DNA of 64,000 nucleotides, from contig CAWGMQ010000004.1 of the NCBI GenBank assembly GCA_963823665.1, forward strand, positions 864,001 through 928,000. Reading direction: 5' to 3'. Made by a program: the position numbers and the translations under genes. Origin of the DNA: an uncultured Planctomycetota bacterium. Its GTDB lineage: Bacteria > Planctomycetota > Planctomycetia > Isosphaerales > Isosphaeraceae. Each line of letters starts with the position of its first letter. Position 1 is the first letter of the stretch. Positions 11,789 to 23,600 of this stretch are shown piece by piece. Under the pieces are notes generated by a model. That model did no database searches. It was not told the origin of the DNA and saw nothing but the letters and a program-made list of their open reading frames with translations.

Positions 11789-13231
11789 CTATAGCGTTGC
11801 TATCGGACTGAGCTGGAAGCCCATCGCCGCCGCCTTCCGCTGGAGCGCTCTCACCAGATTGGCTTTGATCTTGGCCTCGTACTCCTCCATCGACTGGGTC
11901 ACATACTCTTCGCCGTACTTGAGCATCCTGTAGACCAAACAGGCCAGCTTGTGTGCAGTCGCCTTGACGGCTCCAAGTCCACCGATCCGACTTTTGATCC
12001 GTCGGTAGTACATGCCCAAGGGTGTCATCGTCTTGCCTGCTGACTGCGCGGCCATCCGTAGGGCGATAGCGACTCGGTTCTTCCCTTGGCGATGACCGCG
12101 ACGTCTTTTGGTCTTATTGCTCTCATCCTGGGAAGGACAAAGACGCAGCCAACTTGCGAAGTGCTTCTCCGTGGGAAACCGACTGACGTCCACACCGATT
12201 TCGGCCAGAATGATCAGGGCCGTTCCCACGCCGATTCCCTCGATTTTTGTCAGGTCTACACCCAATGCCTGGAACAACGGGCCCGTCGCCTCGAATCGGG
12301 CATCGTTGCTTTTGCGACCACGCGTGCGTGGCTTACCAGTTTGTGTCTTCTCTCCCGCCCGGTTTTCGAATTTGGCCAGTTCGGCTTCAATCTGCTGGTC
12401 ACACTCGGTGATCTGCCCATGATGGAACTGGTACAGCTCGCGCGCCTGCCGCAGCTCGAAGAGATGTTCGGGCCGCCATGTCCCTTCCAACGCTAGGGCA
12501 ATCTGCTCCTCGCTGTGATTACAGCGCCCATGCCGCAGTTTGGCCAGCTTCTTGGGATTGCGTTGGCCTCGCAGAATGGCGTCGATGATCGAAATGCCCG
12601 TCAGTCCCGTGATGTCGCTCATGACTTCCGTCAGTTTGACGTTCATCTGCTCCAAGGCCTTCTGCATGTGTTGGACATGAGCAGCGGCGTAACGCACCAG
12701 CATCTGCCGTTGCCGGGAGTAGGCGCGCAGGGCCAACACGGAGTCCGGAGGTCGGAACGACCCACGTAAGAGGCCGTAGGAGTGCAACCGCTGGATCCAC
12801 TGCGCGTCGAGTACGTCCGTCTTGGGGCGCGCGCCACAACGCGAAAGCTGTCCCGGTTCGACCAGCATAACCTCGAAGCCCTGGGATTCGAGGAGCTCGA
12901 ACAGAGGAATCCAGTAAATGCCGGTGGATTCCAACGCGACGGTTTTTACGCCGCATTTCTTTAACCACACGGCGATCTCCTGAAGATCGGCGGTGTTGGC
13001 ACCGAACTGGCGGACTGGGTCAACGTCGCGGTCAGCGGGAACGCAGACCATATGCATGTCGGAATGAACATCAACTCCGGCTGCGTCTGGATTCACGACA
13101 CTGAGCGGTGCAGAGGAGGCGGGGACGGGGACGGGAAGCGACCTGACCCGCGGCTTGTTGGTCGGCTCCTTGGGTTTGCTCGGCTTCTTGGGCTTGCGTG
13201 GCTTCTTCGGCTCTTCGTGGGGGACAAGCAT
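11789..13231 (-). CDS. IS110-family DEDD recombinase/transposase
   Basis: GVD, ALESTG, KTDVLDA (DEDD); IEGIG HhH; FASWLRLCPSQDES catalytic Ser region; ATAHKLA. Confidence 0.95.
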   Translation of the reverse strand: MLVPHEEPKKPRKPKKPSKPKEPTNKPRVRSLPVPVPASSAPLSVVNPDAAGVDVHSDMHMVCVPADRDVDPVRQFGANTADLQEIAVWLKKCGVKTVALESTGIYWIPLFELLESQGFEVMLVEPGQLSRCGARPKTDVLDAQWIQRLHSYGLLRGSFRPPDSVLALRAYSRQRQMLVRYAAAHVQHMQKALEQMNVKLTEVMSDITGLTGISIIDAILRGQRNPKKLAKLRHGRCNHSEEQIALALEGTWRPEHLFELRQARELYQFHHGQITECDQQIEAELAKFENRAGEKTQTGKPRTRGRKSNDARFEATGPLFQALGVDLTKIEGIGVGTALIILAEIGVDVSRFPTEKHFASWLRLCPSQDESNKTKRRRGHRQGKNRVAIALRMAAQSAGKTMTPLGMYYRRIKSRIGGLGAVKATAHKLACLVYRMLKYGEEYVTQSMEEYEAKIKANLVRALQRKAAAMGFQLSPIATL

Positions 13232-13545
13232 GGGATCTCTCCGCTTCGCGGGTAGGTGTGGTGAAACGACAAGGCGCCGCGAGCCAAGAGGGGTATCGGG
13301 AACGAAATAGTCTCCCCAACGGGATCAATACCACGCCGGAAAAACCCGGCATGGCAAGTCACCAATGACAAGGTCGAAGCCTCTCGGACCATGCTGAATG
13401 TCGGGCTAAAAGCACCAACGTGCCAACGGCCACTGACGCGCGTCGCCATATGGCAACGTCGACATAATGAGGTAAACCAAACCAGACCTTTCTCGACCCA
13501 AGTTCACGGGCCGTGAGGGGGCCGTACGCGGCTCGACCCGTTGAA
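13232..13545. ncRNA. Candidate IS110 bridge-RNA region
   Basis: Long non-coding IS110 end; contains CTCCCCA (13312-13318), identical to the opposite element end (11599-11605); strand and structure not determined. Confidence 0.5.
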
Positions 13546-13739
13546 TGGAACTGATTACCCCAAAAACAGTCTCACTCACTTGCCGTCGCCAGCCTGGGGC
13601 AATGGCTGGCCGGAACGTCTTGGAAAAGTGAGAAATTCCGGGAAATATGCAGGAACGAGGCACCAGGCCTGGACGAGCGCGCTTCGACCCGCCTGACGGA
13701 ACTTCGCTCTCAATGCGGGCCAATGCCGTCCCACGCCCG

Positions 13740-14020
13740 ACCACCCGTGCGAACGGGGGCTCGCCTTGTCTTTCCCCCCGCGCGAACGGGGGCTCGCTTT
13801 TTGTTTCCCCCCGTTGCGAAGGGGAGGGCCAGGCGGGCCTGTTGAAATCTTGCAGAATAAGGAGGGGAGATTTCCCGCCGCGAATGTTGCGCGGAGCTTC
13901 TCCTCCGTTAGAAGGGGCTACCCTTTCTTTTTCCCCCCCTTTGAAAGGGGGGGCCAGGGGGGGTCCGTCCCGGCGGCCGCCATCACAAAACCGTCGCGCA
14001 ACAGAAAACGCCGAACTTTC
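13740..14020. repeat. Cluster of REP-like C-run/G-run palindromes; copy 1 of a dispersed ~150-bp element
   Basis: GCGAACGGGGGCTCGC twice; CCCCCCTTTGAAAGGGGGG hairpin; 13866-14020 resembles 49540-49660. Confidence 0.75.
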
Positions 14021-14375
14021 GAGCTCGAAATTCGTGAATACGGCCCGCTTTTCATCCGCCCAGGACAGGGGGCGTGACGGTCGATCGCCACGCGCACGCA
14101 CGACTCGGAACATTCTCGGTGACTCAGAGGTGGTTCGTGCCCCGCGCCGACTCCGGTGGCAGCGATCGAGGCACACCAGTAATATGGGCCAACTTTCGTG
14201 AGTTTGCCCACTCCGTCGACCAGGAAATCTGAGAATTCGCTTCCGGTCGCAGTCATTTCAGCGATCAAGGCGATCGAATGAAACAATCAACCAAGATAAT
14301 GCGAAAAAACGCCAGCGTTCGTGCCCGACCCAGACCGCTCAGCGCGCCTGTTCACCCCATCGCGGCGCCGCCGGC

Positions 14376-14530
14376 GTTTCAACCCTCGCCCAGCCCGCCG
14401 GGAGAGGGTGGCCGAAGGCCGAGTGAGGGTCCAAGCCATATCCGTCGCCCGCAGTTTCAACCCTCGCCGAAGACACTCTCCCACCTCTCCTCTCGTAGCA
14501 GAGGTCGGCCTAAGTCCGGGTGAGGGGTCG
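14376..14530. repeat. Two REP-like hairpins with a duplicated GTTTCAACCCTCGCC
   Basis: GGGAGAGGGTGGCCGAAGGCCGAGTGAGGG and a degenerate second copy; 15-mer repeated at ~14376 and ~14454. Confidence 0.65.
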
Positions 14531-14668
14531 CCACAAGCCGTCGACACCTCATTCTGTTCCGTGACCCATCAGACCGTCCGCGTTTCCCCGTGGATGAGGA
14601 ACCGACGGCGCGATAGCCTATCCGGGCGCCCGCCTTGACTCATCAGAAACCCAGGAAAGGGCATCACG

Positions 14669-15295
14669 ATGTCAACAGCACCGCGACGACCATTCAGCCT
14701 GCTGGATGCTATGGTCCTCGTTGCCGCAACGGCGGTCGGCCTTGGAGCCGCGCGAGGGATGCATGACATGTTACAGAATTCGACCGAGATGGACGCGTCG
14801 CTCCTCGCGGAACCAGTCGGCCCGTACCTGCTTGAGGCCGCTCGTTGGTCCGCCCTGGGATATCCGTTGCTCGTCGCCTGGACGATCGCCCTCGTGTTAC
14901 TCTTGTTCCTTTCCCGACGATCTCGCCCGAGCCTAAAGAGTTTGCTAGAGCGGCCGGGAGCAACCGCCTGCGGTGCAGCAGCCTTGGCCGTGGCCATCCA
15001 GACGGTCAACGTGATAACACTTGCCGTTGCTCTCATGGCCAACATCGGCACGGTTTTGCCCTCGGCAGTCATGGCACGATTTCTGGTCATGGCAATTACA
15101 CCATATCTAGGAGTCAATTTGGGCATGCCCGGCCTCGCGGTGGCAGTGGCGTGGACGGGTTTGGCATTGAGCGGCCAGTGGCAGGCTGAGCCGAACTGGC
15201 TCGACCGAGCGGGACGCTTGTTGGGCTTGGCCTGGGTCGTTTTGATGGTATTTCAACCCTGGCTCATATCAATTGTCAGGGGTGAGTGGTCGTGA
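14669..15295 (+). CDS. Hypothetical multi-pass membrane protein
   Basis: 208 aa, ~5-6 hydrophobic segments; RPFSLLDAMVLVAATA N-terminus, EPNWLDRAGRLLG C-terminus; AAAGGG RBS-like sequence. Confidence 0.75.
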   Translation: MSTAPRRPFSLLDAMVLVAATAVGLGAARGMHDMLQNSTEMDASLLAEPVGPYLLEAARWSALGYPLLVAWTIALVLLLFLSRRSRPSLKSLLERPGATACGAAALAVAIQTVNVITLAVALMANIGTVLPSAVMARFLVMAITPYLGVNLGMPGLAVAVAWTGLALSGQWQAEPNWLDRAGRLLGLAWVVLMVFQPWLISIVRGEWS

Positions 15296-15447
15296 AACGA
15301 CACCCTATCTCCAAGAGGGATGGCCGAGCGCGGAGATCGTTCGCCTTTTTCACCTGAATTCCAGCCAGGTCGATGCGGCGATCCGCTATATCGACGATCA
15401 CAAAAAAGAGGTCATGGAGGTTTGCGAGCGAATCCTCGAGCGATGCG
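14872..15447 (+). repeat. Long direct repeat, copy A (576 bp)
   Basis: Collinear with 27650-28225 at constant offset 12778; roughly 95% identical by eye. Confidence 0.95.
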
Positions 15448-15499
15448 GCCCTCGCGAGCGAATGGCTCGAGCCGGGCTGTCGTCGCTCCGCGTTCTTGC

Positions 15500-18400
15500 T
15501 TACTTCGCGAACGGATCTGCCGGGAAAATCGGGTCAAAGAGAACCACGGCTTCGGCTTCGCTGCGCAACAGTCGGATCTCCAGCTCGTCCCAGAAACGCT
15601 GGTGATCCAGCTTGGGCCGGTAGACGCCAAGCTGGTCGAGCCAGCGGCGGGCCTGCTCGGCGCGTCCCAACCGGAAGTGAGCCATCGCCAGGAAGATCCA
15701 ATCCTGGGGCAGACTCGTCCCGTTCCGAAGCTGAATCCCCTCATCCAGCCGCTGGATCGCCTCCTGGAACCGCCCCGCGCGGTAAAGGGAGGCGCCGAGG
15801 GTGTTCAGGGCATTGGGCTTCTCGGCCGTGGGCTGCGCATCGAAGGCGGTCTTGGCCAGTCGCACCAAATTCGCTGGATCGGAAATGTCGCAAGGCGCCA
15901 GCGCGCAAGACCAGGCGACGGCATTGGCCAGGGATGGGTCTGTGCTTACGCCGAACGTGCCGAGCTGTTCGCGGATGACTTGCCGCAGTCCGTCGCGATC
16001 GCCTGAAACCAGCAGGGCCAAGATCAAGTGCCAGCGCGTGGCCTGGTTATCAGGCTCGAGCAAGGACACGTCGCGGCACTCGGCGACGGCTTTTTCCGGC
16101 AGCAAACGTATCAGGTAGAACCGGGCGCGCTCGGTGCGCACGCTGAGATTGAGCGGTCGCGCGCGACCGGCCTCGTCGAAAGCGGCCTCGGCATCGGCCC
16201 AGCGTCGTCGCTCCATCCAGGCGCGTGCCCTGGCGGTTGGGTCAGCGCCTGTCAGGATCGGTGAAACCGATCGCGCGGGTTCCGAAGTGGGCGCACCGCC
16301 CAGTTTGCTGAGCTGAACGACACGATCGCGCCAGGATGGGCCATCGAGGGCGCGAATGGCGCCGTGCTCGTCGAGCTCGAACCCGGTCAAGACCCCGACC
16401 CAGGCGGCGATGCGCGGGAGATCCCCGGAAAGCTGCGCCGGGATCTCCCACCGCCGTGCCTCGCCACTCGGGCTGCCAGTGAGAATGGACTTGCCGTCGG
16501 GGCTGAAGGCCACGGCGGTGACCTCCGCATGATGCTCGAACGGTTTGCCGAGCGGCCGGCGCGTGGCGAGATCCCACAGCCGCGCAGTCTTGTCCTGGCT
16601 CGCGGTTGCGATGGTCTGGCCATCGGGAGAAAACGCCACGGCGAATACCTGGCCTCGATGCTCGGTGAGCGTGCCGATATTGATCCCGGCGGCGTCCCAG
16701 AGTTGCGCCGTCTGGTCGGCGCTGCCGGTGAGGATGGTTGTTCCGTCGGGAGAAATCGCAACGCTCGAGACCCAGCCGTGATGTTTCATGGGGTTGCCGA
16801 GCGGAAGCCCGGTGGCGGCATCCCACCGCCGGGCCGTCCGGTCCCAGCTTCCGGTGACTACGGATTTGCCGTCGGGGCTGAACGCCGCGGCCTGCACGAT
16901 ATGTGCGTGCCTCATCGCCGCGCCGATGGGCAAACCGGTGGTCGTTTCCCACAGCCGCGCCGTGTGGTCCTCGCTTCCACTCACAATGGACTTGCCATCG
17001 GGGCTGAACGCCAGTGCTCTGATTCTGCCTTGCTGTTGCATCGGCCGGCCGATGGGCAGGCCGGTTGCGGATTCCCAGCGCTGTATGGTCCCTGCCGCGG
17101 TCCCGGTGATGATGGCCTTGCCATCGAGGTTGAAGGCGGCGGCGCTCACGGGGCTTTGATGCTTTATCGGCGTGCCGATCGACCGCCCCGTGGCGGCGTC
17201 AGAAAGCCCGACCGTCTGGCTCGCAGCGGCGGTGAGGATGGTTTCGCCATCCGGACTGAACGCAAGAAAAGTGATCCGGCCCTGATACTCGCCCTGTATG
17301 CCCTTGAGCAGGCCCCAGGCGGGTTCCCAGAGCCTTGCGGTCTGATCCCAGCCTCCGGTGAGAACGGTTTTGCCGTCAGGGCTGAAAGCCAGGGACATGA
17401 CTCCGCCTGGGTGATCCAGTAATTGGCCGGTGGGAAGGCCGGTTGCAGCGTCCCAGAACCGCACCGTCCCAGCCGCGCTGCTGCCGGTGACGATGGTGTT
17501 GCCATCCGGGGAGAACGCCACGGCATAAACCGCGCTCTGATGTTCCATGGGCGAGGCGACGGACAGCCCGGTGGCGGCGTCCCAGAGCCGTGCCGTTTTG
17601 TCCCAGCTTCCCGTGGCAATCGTTCTGCCATCGGGTGAGAATGCGACTGCGGAAACGACATTTTGATGCTCGAGTGCTTTGGCGATGGAAAGCCCGGTGA
17701 CAGCGTCCCAGCGCTGCGCGGTCCCAGCGAAGCCTCCGGTCAGGATGGTCTTGCCGCCTGGAGAGAACGCCACCGACGAAACCCCGCCGCGAACGTTCAA
17801 CGGCCTCTTGACCAGGATTCCGGTGGCGGCGTCCCAGAGCCGTGCTGTTCCGTCCCAGCTTCCGCTCAAGATGGTCTTGCCATCCGGGCTGAAGGCCAGC
17901 GCGCTCACCCGGTCCCGATGCTGCATTGGCTTGCCGATGGGCTTGCCGGTGACTGCACTAAAGCGCTGCACGGAGCCATCGCGGCTGCCGGTGAGGGCCG
18001 TTCCGCCGTCGGGCGAGATAGCGACCGCTTCCACCACTTCTTGATGCTGAAGCGGCGATCCGATCGGCTCTGCGCTGGCCGTGTCCCAGAGCTGCGCGGT
18101 ATGGTCCCAACTTCCGGTAAGGATGGTCTTGCCCTCGCGGCTGATTGCGACCGCGGTCACAAGATCGTCATGTGAAAACACGCCTTTGAGACCACTCCAG
18201 TCTCGTCGCCAGACGGAGAGACCCGAGAGGGCCGCATGCCTCCAGATCGGGTCGCGTGCGTCGGTCGCGGCGTGCAGGCTTTCGACGAACCAGAGCAAGC
18301 CTGGCCCGACCTGTCCGGCGTCGCAGGCGGCGAGCCCGCGCTCGAAATTGAGCATGGCGAGGCGGCTGTTTGACTGGTCCAAAGCGTTGGTGAGGTTGGC

Positions 18401-19770
18401 TCGCTCGGTCCTCAAGTTCTCGCTCTCGCCCTGGAGCCTTTCCGCCAGCTTGCCGATGGTCGTCGCAGTCCGAGCCCGCTGGTCGGCGTACAAGAGTGAC
18501 ACCAGCGTGACGCCCATCAGTGCCGCCGCGGCAGCCGTGACCGATGTCCGGTTGCGCCGCATCCAGCGCCGCAAACGCATCGATAGAGGCTCGCGCCAGG
18601 CCGCGACGGGCTCGTCCGCCAGCCAGTTTTCGACGTCCTTGGCAACGTCCCGCGCCGAGGAATAGCGCTCTTTCGGCCGCGCCGCCAGAGCCTTGGCGCA
18701 GACGGCATCGAGGGCAGGCGAGAGGCCAGGATTTCGTTTTCGGGGGGACAAGATCGCAGCCTCGCGCACCACCTTCAGCGGATCCACCCCGCGCAGCGTC
18801 GTTTCCTCGAAGGCCGGCTTCCCTGTAAGGATCGCATAAAGAATCAGCCCGAGATTGAAGATGTCACTCGCGGGACCGGCGGGCTCGCCCCGGGCCTGCT
18901 CTGGACTCATGTACTGCGGCGTGCCCATCACGGCACCGGTGGCGGTTAATTCGTCGGCCGAGGGGCCCCGAGACGATTCGGCCGCGACCGCTTTCGGCGC
19001 GGATTCATCCTCGCCAAATCGCTTTGCCAGGCCCCAGTCCATCACCAGCGTCTCGCCATAGGGACCGAGCATGATGTTCGACGGCTTGAGGTCGCGGTGT
19101 ACAATGCCCTGGTCGTGAGCGAAGGCGACGGTGTTGCACACACCGATGAAGTGCTGGAGAAGCCCGCGGAGGTTCAAGTTGCGCCGGCTGGGCGCACGGC
19201 GAAGCGTGTCGTCCTGGTGAAACGCGAGTGTCGCCTCGTGCAAGGTCTGCCCCTGGATCAGCGGCATCGTGTAAAACGGCCCATTATCGTCTTGCCCGAG
19301 GCCGTAGATCGGGACGTGGCCGGGTGCTGAAGCTGGGCCGTGATGGCTGCTTCGCGTACGAAACGCCGCCGCGCTTCCTCGTGCAGCTTTTCGGGACGAA
19401 TCCGTTTCAGCGCCACGGTGCGATCAAGCTCTTCCTGGTGGGCGGCGAGCACTTCTCCCAGGCCGCCGCGGGCGTGATGGTGTTGCGGCCGGTATACGGC
19501 GACGGCGCTCAGAAGACCGGGAATCACGTGACGGTCTGCTGCGTGGGTCGGATGCACGCTCTCCGGTGTGGTAGAGAGCCGGGCGGCGTCGAGGTCGAGC
19601 ACCGGATCCAGCCGCAACACGGCTGCGATTCGCCGCCGCAGCTCAGGAGCAAGCTCGGGTGAATCGGCGCAAAGTTCTTCGGCTGGGAGGGCGTGTCCCT
19701 GACCGCGCAGCTCGTCCCAGCGGATGAGGAGCTCTTCCACGCGGTCGTTGGCTGGATCGTGCGTCATCAC
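15500..19770 (-). CDS. Ser/Thr protein kinase with ~14 WD40 repeats and C-terminal TPRs; one frameshift near 19317
   Basis: RGGLGEV and VALK in ORF 19258-19770; HRDLKPSN, DWGLAK, GTPQYMSPEQ and WD repeats in ORF 15500-19267; adding one base restores HPAIVPIYGLG. Confidence 0.9.
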
Positions 19771-19794
19771 CGTCGAGTTGCTCCCACTACATCG

Positions 19795-20415
19795 TCACAC
19801 GGGAAGCTGGCCGCCCAGTGTATCGCTGAGGCGGACCCGCGCAGCCAGCCAGCGGCTATGCACGGTTCGTTCAGAAATGCCAAGCATCGCGGCTGCCTCG
19901 GCCTGGGTCAAGCCTTCGTACCAAAGCAGGTCGAACAGCTCGCGGTCGGAATCGCTCAGCGACTCAACCGCGGCGTGAAACTCGGCCCAGGCCGCCAGCC
20001 GGCTCGGGTCATAGGTCGACTGGATTGGTGAACGGGCAAGGTCAGCGGCGGCACTGCCCTGACACGGGGCTTGGGTGGCATGATGCGCCCCCATGCCTTG
20101 CGGGCCGTAGTAGTGGCGCGCCAGGTCGATCAGCTCTCGGCGAACCTGGGCGGCAGCGAGCCGGAAAAAGTCGCGCGGGGTCGCTGGAGTGACGGACCGC
20201 AATGCCCGATCGAGCCGAATCACCACGTTCTGGGCTACGTCGTCGCTTTGCTCCCAGCGTCCGACGCCGGGAAAATCCTTGAGCATCTTGGCCGCGATAC
20301 GGGTCAGGCGTTCAGTGGAAATCGCCAAGAGTCGCTCGATCGCGGAGAAGTCGCCCAGGCGCAGGCGATCTAAACCAAGCTGAATCTCAACTGTCCGATC
20401 ACACCCGTCTTCCAT
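19795..20415 (-). CDS. ECF RNA polymerase sigma factor (kinase-associated planctomycete type)
   Basis: Region 2 (VRRELIDLARHY) and region 4 (LLWYEGLTQAEAAAMLGISERTV); directly upstream of the kinase. Confidence 0.88.
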   Translation of the reverse strand: MEDGCDRTVEIQLGLDRLRLGDFSAIERLLAISTERLTRIAAKMLKDFPGVGRWEQSDDVAQNVVIRLDRALRSVTPATPRDFFRLAAAQVRRELIDLARHYYGPQGMGAHHATQAPCQGSAAADLARSPIQSTYDPSRLAAWAEFHAAVESLSDSDRELFDLLWYEGLTQAEAAAMLGISERTVHSRWLAARVRLSDTLGGQLPV

Positions 20416-20693
20416 CGCACGACCAAACCGCCCCGCGCTGGTAGAGGATCCCCCAACGATTCCTCCGGGTAGCTCTATGCATGCTACCACGCCGGCTGGC
20501 TGAACGACCACAGATCCGCTGAAAATCTTCGATGATTGTTGCGGTCGCGGATCGCGGCTCTCGCTTTAGAAGAAGTGCCGGCGATTCCGCGACCGTTCCG
20601 CGGTGATCACACTGTCCGGCCCAGTGGAAATCGGCGAACCTCGCGCGAGACTGCCGGCGCGCAAGCGGCGGTTTATTTCTGAGCCGGACGACG

Positions 20694-23600
20694 ATGACAG
20701 GACTGATGAACATGGCATTCATACGCCGCGACAGCGAGCACATCCGAAACCGTGAACGCCCAACGACGCAAAAGGCGCGGCTCGGCCGAATGCGAGTGCC
20801 CCATGTCGAGCTGATGGAGCCCCGGACGCTGCTGGCGACGCTCCAGCTATCCGGCGGGCTGGGCGAGCAATCGACACTTGACTCGGTCGCTCAGACCGAG
20901 AACGAGATGTTTTTTCTGAACACGCCGAATTCACAAAAAGACCCCCACGGCGATGGCACGGCGGTCGCGAACGTGACACTGACGACTGCAAATTCCTCGT
21001 CGGGCAATCCGGGCGTGCTGCTCGACATCCTTTCTCAGGGCAGCGTGGCGCTGCACGGTATCGCCAATGTCGCCACCAGCGCGGGGCTGGCCGACACGGA
21101 TGGCCAGATCGGCGCCGACCTTCCGGTCACGATCATCCCCACAACTCCGGATGAGCAGCCCGGCGATCGGGTCATCGTCGCTCTCAGCTTCGTCTACAAT
21201 CCAAAGACGTTCGCGTCCAACAACGCGGCCGCCGATTTTTCGTATCTCGCCAGTTACACATACAAGGGTGATACGACCCTTCTGGTATCGGACGACCATC
21301 AGGCAGGCGGCCCGGGGGTCACGCCGGTCGGACCAGGTAACGTTGACCACGAGTCGGGTACATTCATCGCCCGAATTGGCGACACATTCACACTTTCGTT
21401 CAGCGAGAGCCTTTCGGGACATACGGTCGCGCCCTACCTGGGTGGCCTGATCAATAACGTGGGATGGGTTATCGATACGAACCTCGATCTCAGCGCGAGC
21501 CTCGCCCCGCCCGACCCGACGTCCACCACGGTGACCACCCAGCCCGCCGGTAACGCCGACTTCGGTCAAAACGTGACCTTCACGGCGACGGTGGCTGATA
21601 CCAGTAGCAGCCCGGATGCGGGGACCCCGATCGGAACGGTGCAGTTCACTGTTGACGGTACACAGTTCGGCACCCCGGTTGACCTGGATGGCGGCACAGC
21701 CACGATCACCGACGCAAACCTGCCGGTGGGTTCGCACGCAATCAGCGCCACGTATACCCCCGGAAATCACAATTTCCAGGCGAGCAGCCCCCTGGCCCCG
21801 ACACCGCTTGTGATTCAAGCCGACTCGACCTCAACCATCATCGGGACCCAGCCCAGCGGCGAGGCCAACGTTGGCCAGAGCGTCACCTTCACGGCGACCG
21901 TGGCAAACACCAGCCAGAGCGCGAACCCGGCGACACCGACCGGCACGGTTCAGTTCTCCGTGGACGGAATCCCCTACGGCGCTCCGGTATCACTGGTGAA
22001 CGGTGTGGCCACCACCAGCGATGCGGGCCTGCCGCTCGGATCGCATTCGATTTCCGCCACCTACATCCCGGACAACACCAACTTCGCCGCGAGCGACTCA
22101 CAGCCGGTGCCGTTGGTGATCCAGTCGCTCATCGAAGATTCCTCGACCCTTTCCGCCGTTGCTGCCAATGGAGCCTACGGTGGCACGGCGACCCTTACCG
22201 CGAGCTTGACCTCCGCTGGCTTGCCGCTCCTGGGCGAGACGGTGGGGTTCAGCCTGCTGGTGGGTGGGATCATCACGCCGGTTGGTAAGTCGACGACAAA
22301 TGCGAGCGGCGTTGCCACGTTGAACGGCGTGAGCTTGGCCGGGTTCAACGTCGGCACATTCGCGCATTTCGTGGGCGCGAGTTTCGCCGGTGACTCGACC
22401 TATTCCGGCGCCAGCGCCGACGGCCCTCTCACCGTGGTAGAAAATGACTTCTTGGCCGTCACCACCAATCCCACCAGCCAAGTCGCCAGTGCCGGCAATC
22501 CCGTGACGTTCGCGGCTGCCGGGTCCGGGTTACCCACGCCGACCATGCAGTGGCAAGTGAGCACCGACGGCGGCAATACGTTCAGCAATCTAGCGGATGC
22601 CACATCGGCGAGCCTGACCTTCACCACGACGGAGTCCGAAAACGGCTACGAATACCGCGCAGTCTTCACGAACTCGGCCGGAACCGCAGCCACAGCGCCG
22701 GCCACGTTGACGGTCAACACACAGCCTGGCGGGCTGGTCGTCAGCGCCGCCAACGGCGTTTTCCCCCAGTTCAGCCTCGCGCCGTCCCCGATAGCTTCGA
22801 GCGCTGATTCTGGCGACTTTAGCCTTGTGCTCAGCACCGGCAACATCCTCGTGGATGAGTTGAGCGCGGTTTGCCTCTTCAACGGCAAGACGGGCGCGTT
22901 GATCAGTACCCTCACCGGAGGGGGAAACGTCGGAGGGGGCTATACCTTCACGGCCCTGACCAATGGGAATTTCGTGGTGTCCGGCGTAGGCTCGGCGACC
23001 TGGGGGAGCGGGACGACCGGGGTCAGCGGCACGGTCTCCGCGGCGAACAGCCTTGTCGAAAGCGGCAGCACTGGCTCCGTCGCTTACAGCACCGCTGTTA
23101 TTCCTCTCGCAAACGGAAACTATGTCGTGGATTTCATAGGCTGGCATGCCGCTACCGGGGCTGTCGCTTGGGGGAACGGGACGGCGGGAACCGTCGGCAC
23201 TGTCTCCGCCGCCAACAGCTTGGTCGGCAACAATTTCGGCGACTGGGTGGGGGGTAGCGGCGGTTCGGTAGGCGGCGTCACGGCCCTGGCGGACGGCAAT
23301 TACGTGGTGGCAAGTCCGTTCTGGAACAACAACGAGGGAGCGGTGACCTGGGGAAACGGGACGACGGGCGTCGCGGGCACGATCACCGCTGCGAACAGCC
23401 TCATCGGTTGCGGCGATCAATCTGGCGAGCTCACGGTCACCTCTCTTACGAACGGCAACTACGTTGTATCCAACTCCCAATGGAATGGCGGCGAGGGCGA
23501 GGTGACTTGGGGGAGCGGAGCGACGGGAGTCGACGGCACCGTGTCAGCGGCCAATAGCCTTGTCGGCAGCCTGGTTGGCGACGGAGTTGGCGAAGACATT

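Larger units (their letters stand above)
11599..13552 (-). mobile_element. IS110-family element with ~320-nt 5' and ~190-nt 3' non-coding ends
   Basis: TGAATGGAACT occurs at 11590-11600 and 13542-13552; no TIRs; boundaries inferred at a shared CT/AG core. Confidence 0.75.

Noticed and set aside
14376..14470. GTTTCAACCCTCGCC twice, resembling the start of a CRISPR repeat
   Set aside because: Only 15 bp and two copies, embedded in REP-like hairpins
13406..14640. Several 80-256-aa ORFs
   Set aside because: They translate palindromic repeats (PPLAPPFKGG-type peptides); the region is best read as non-coding
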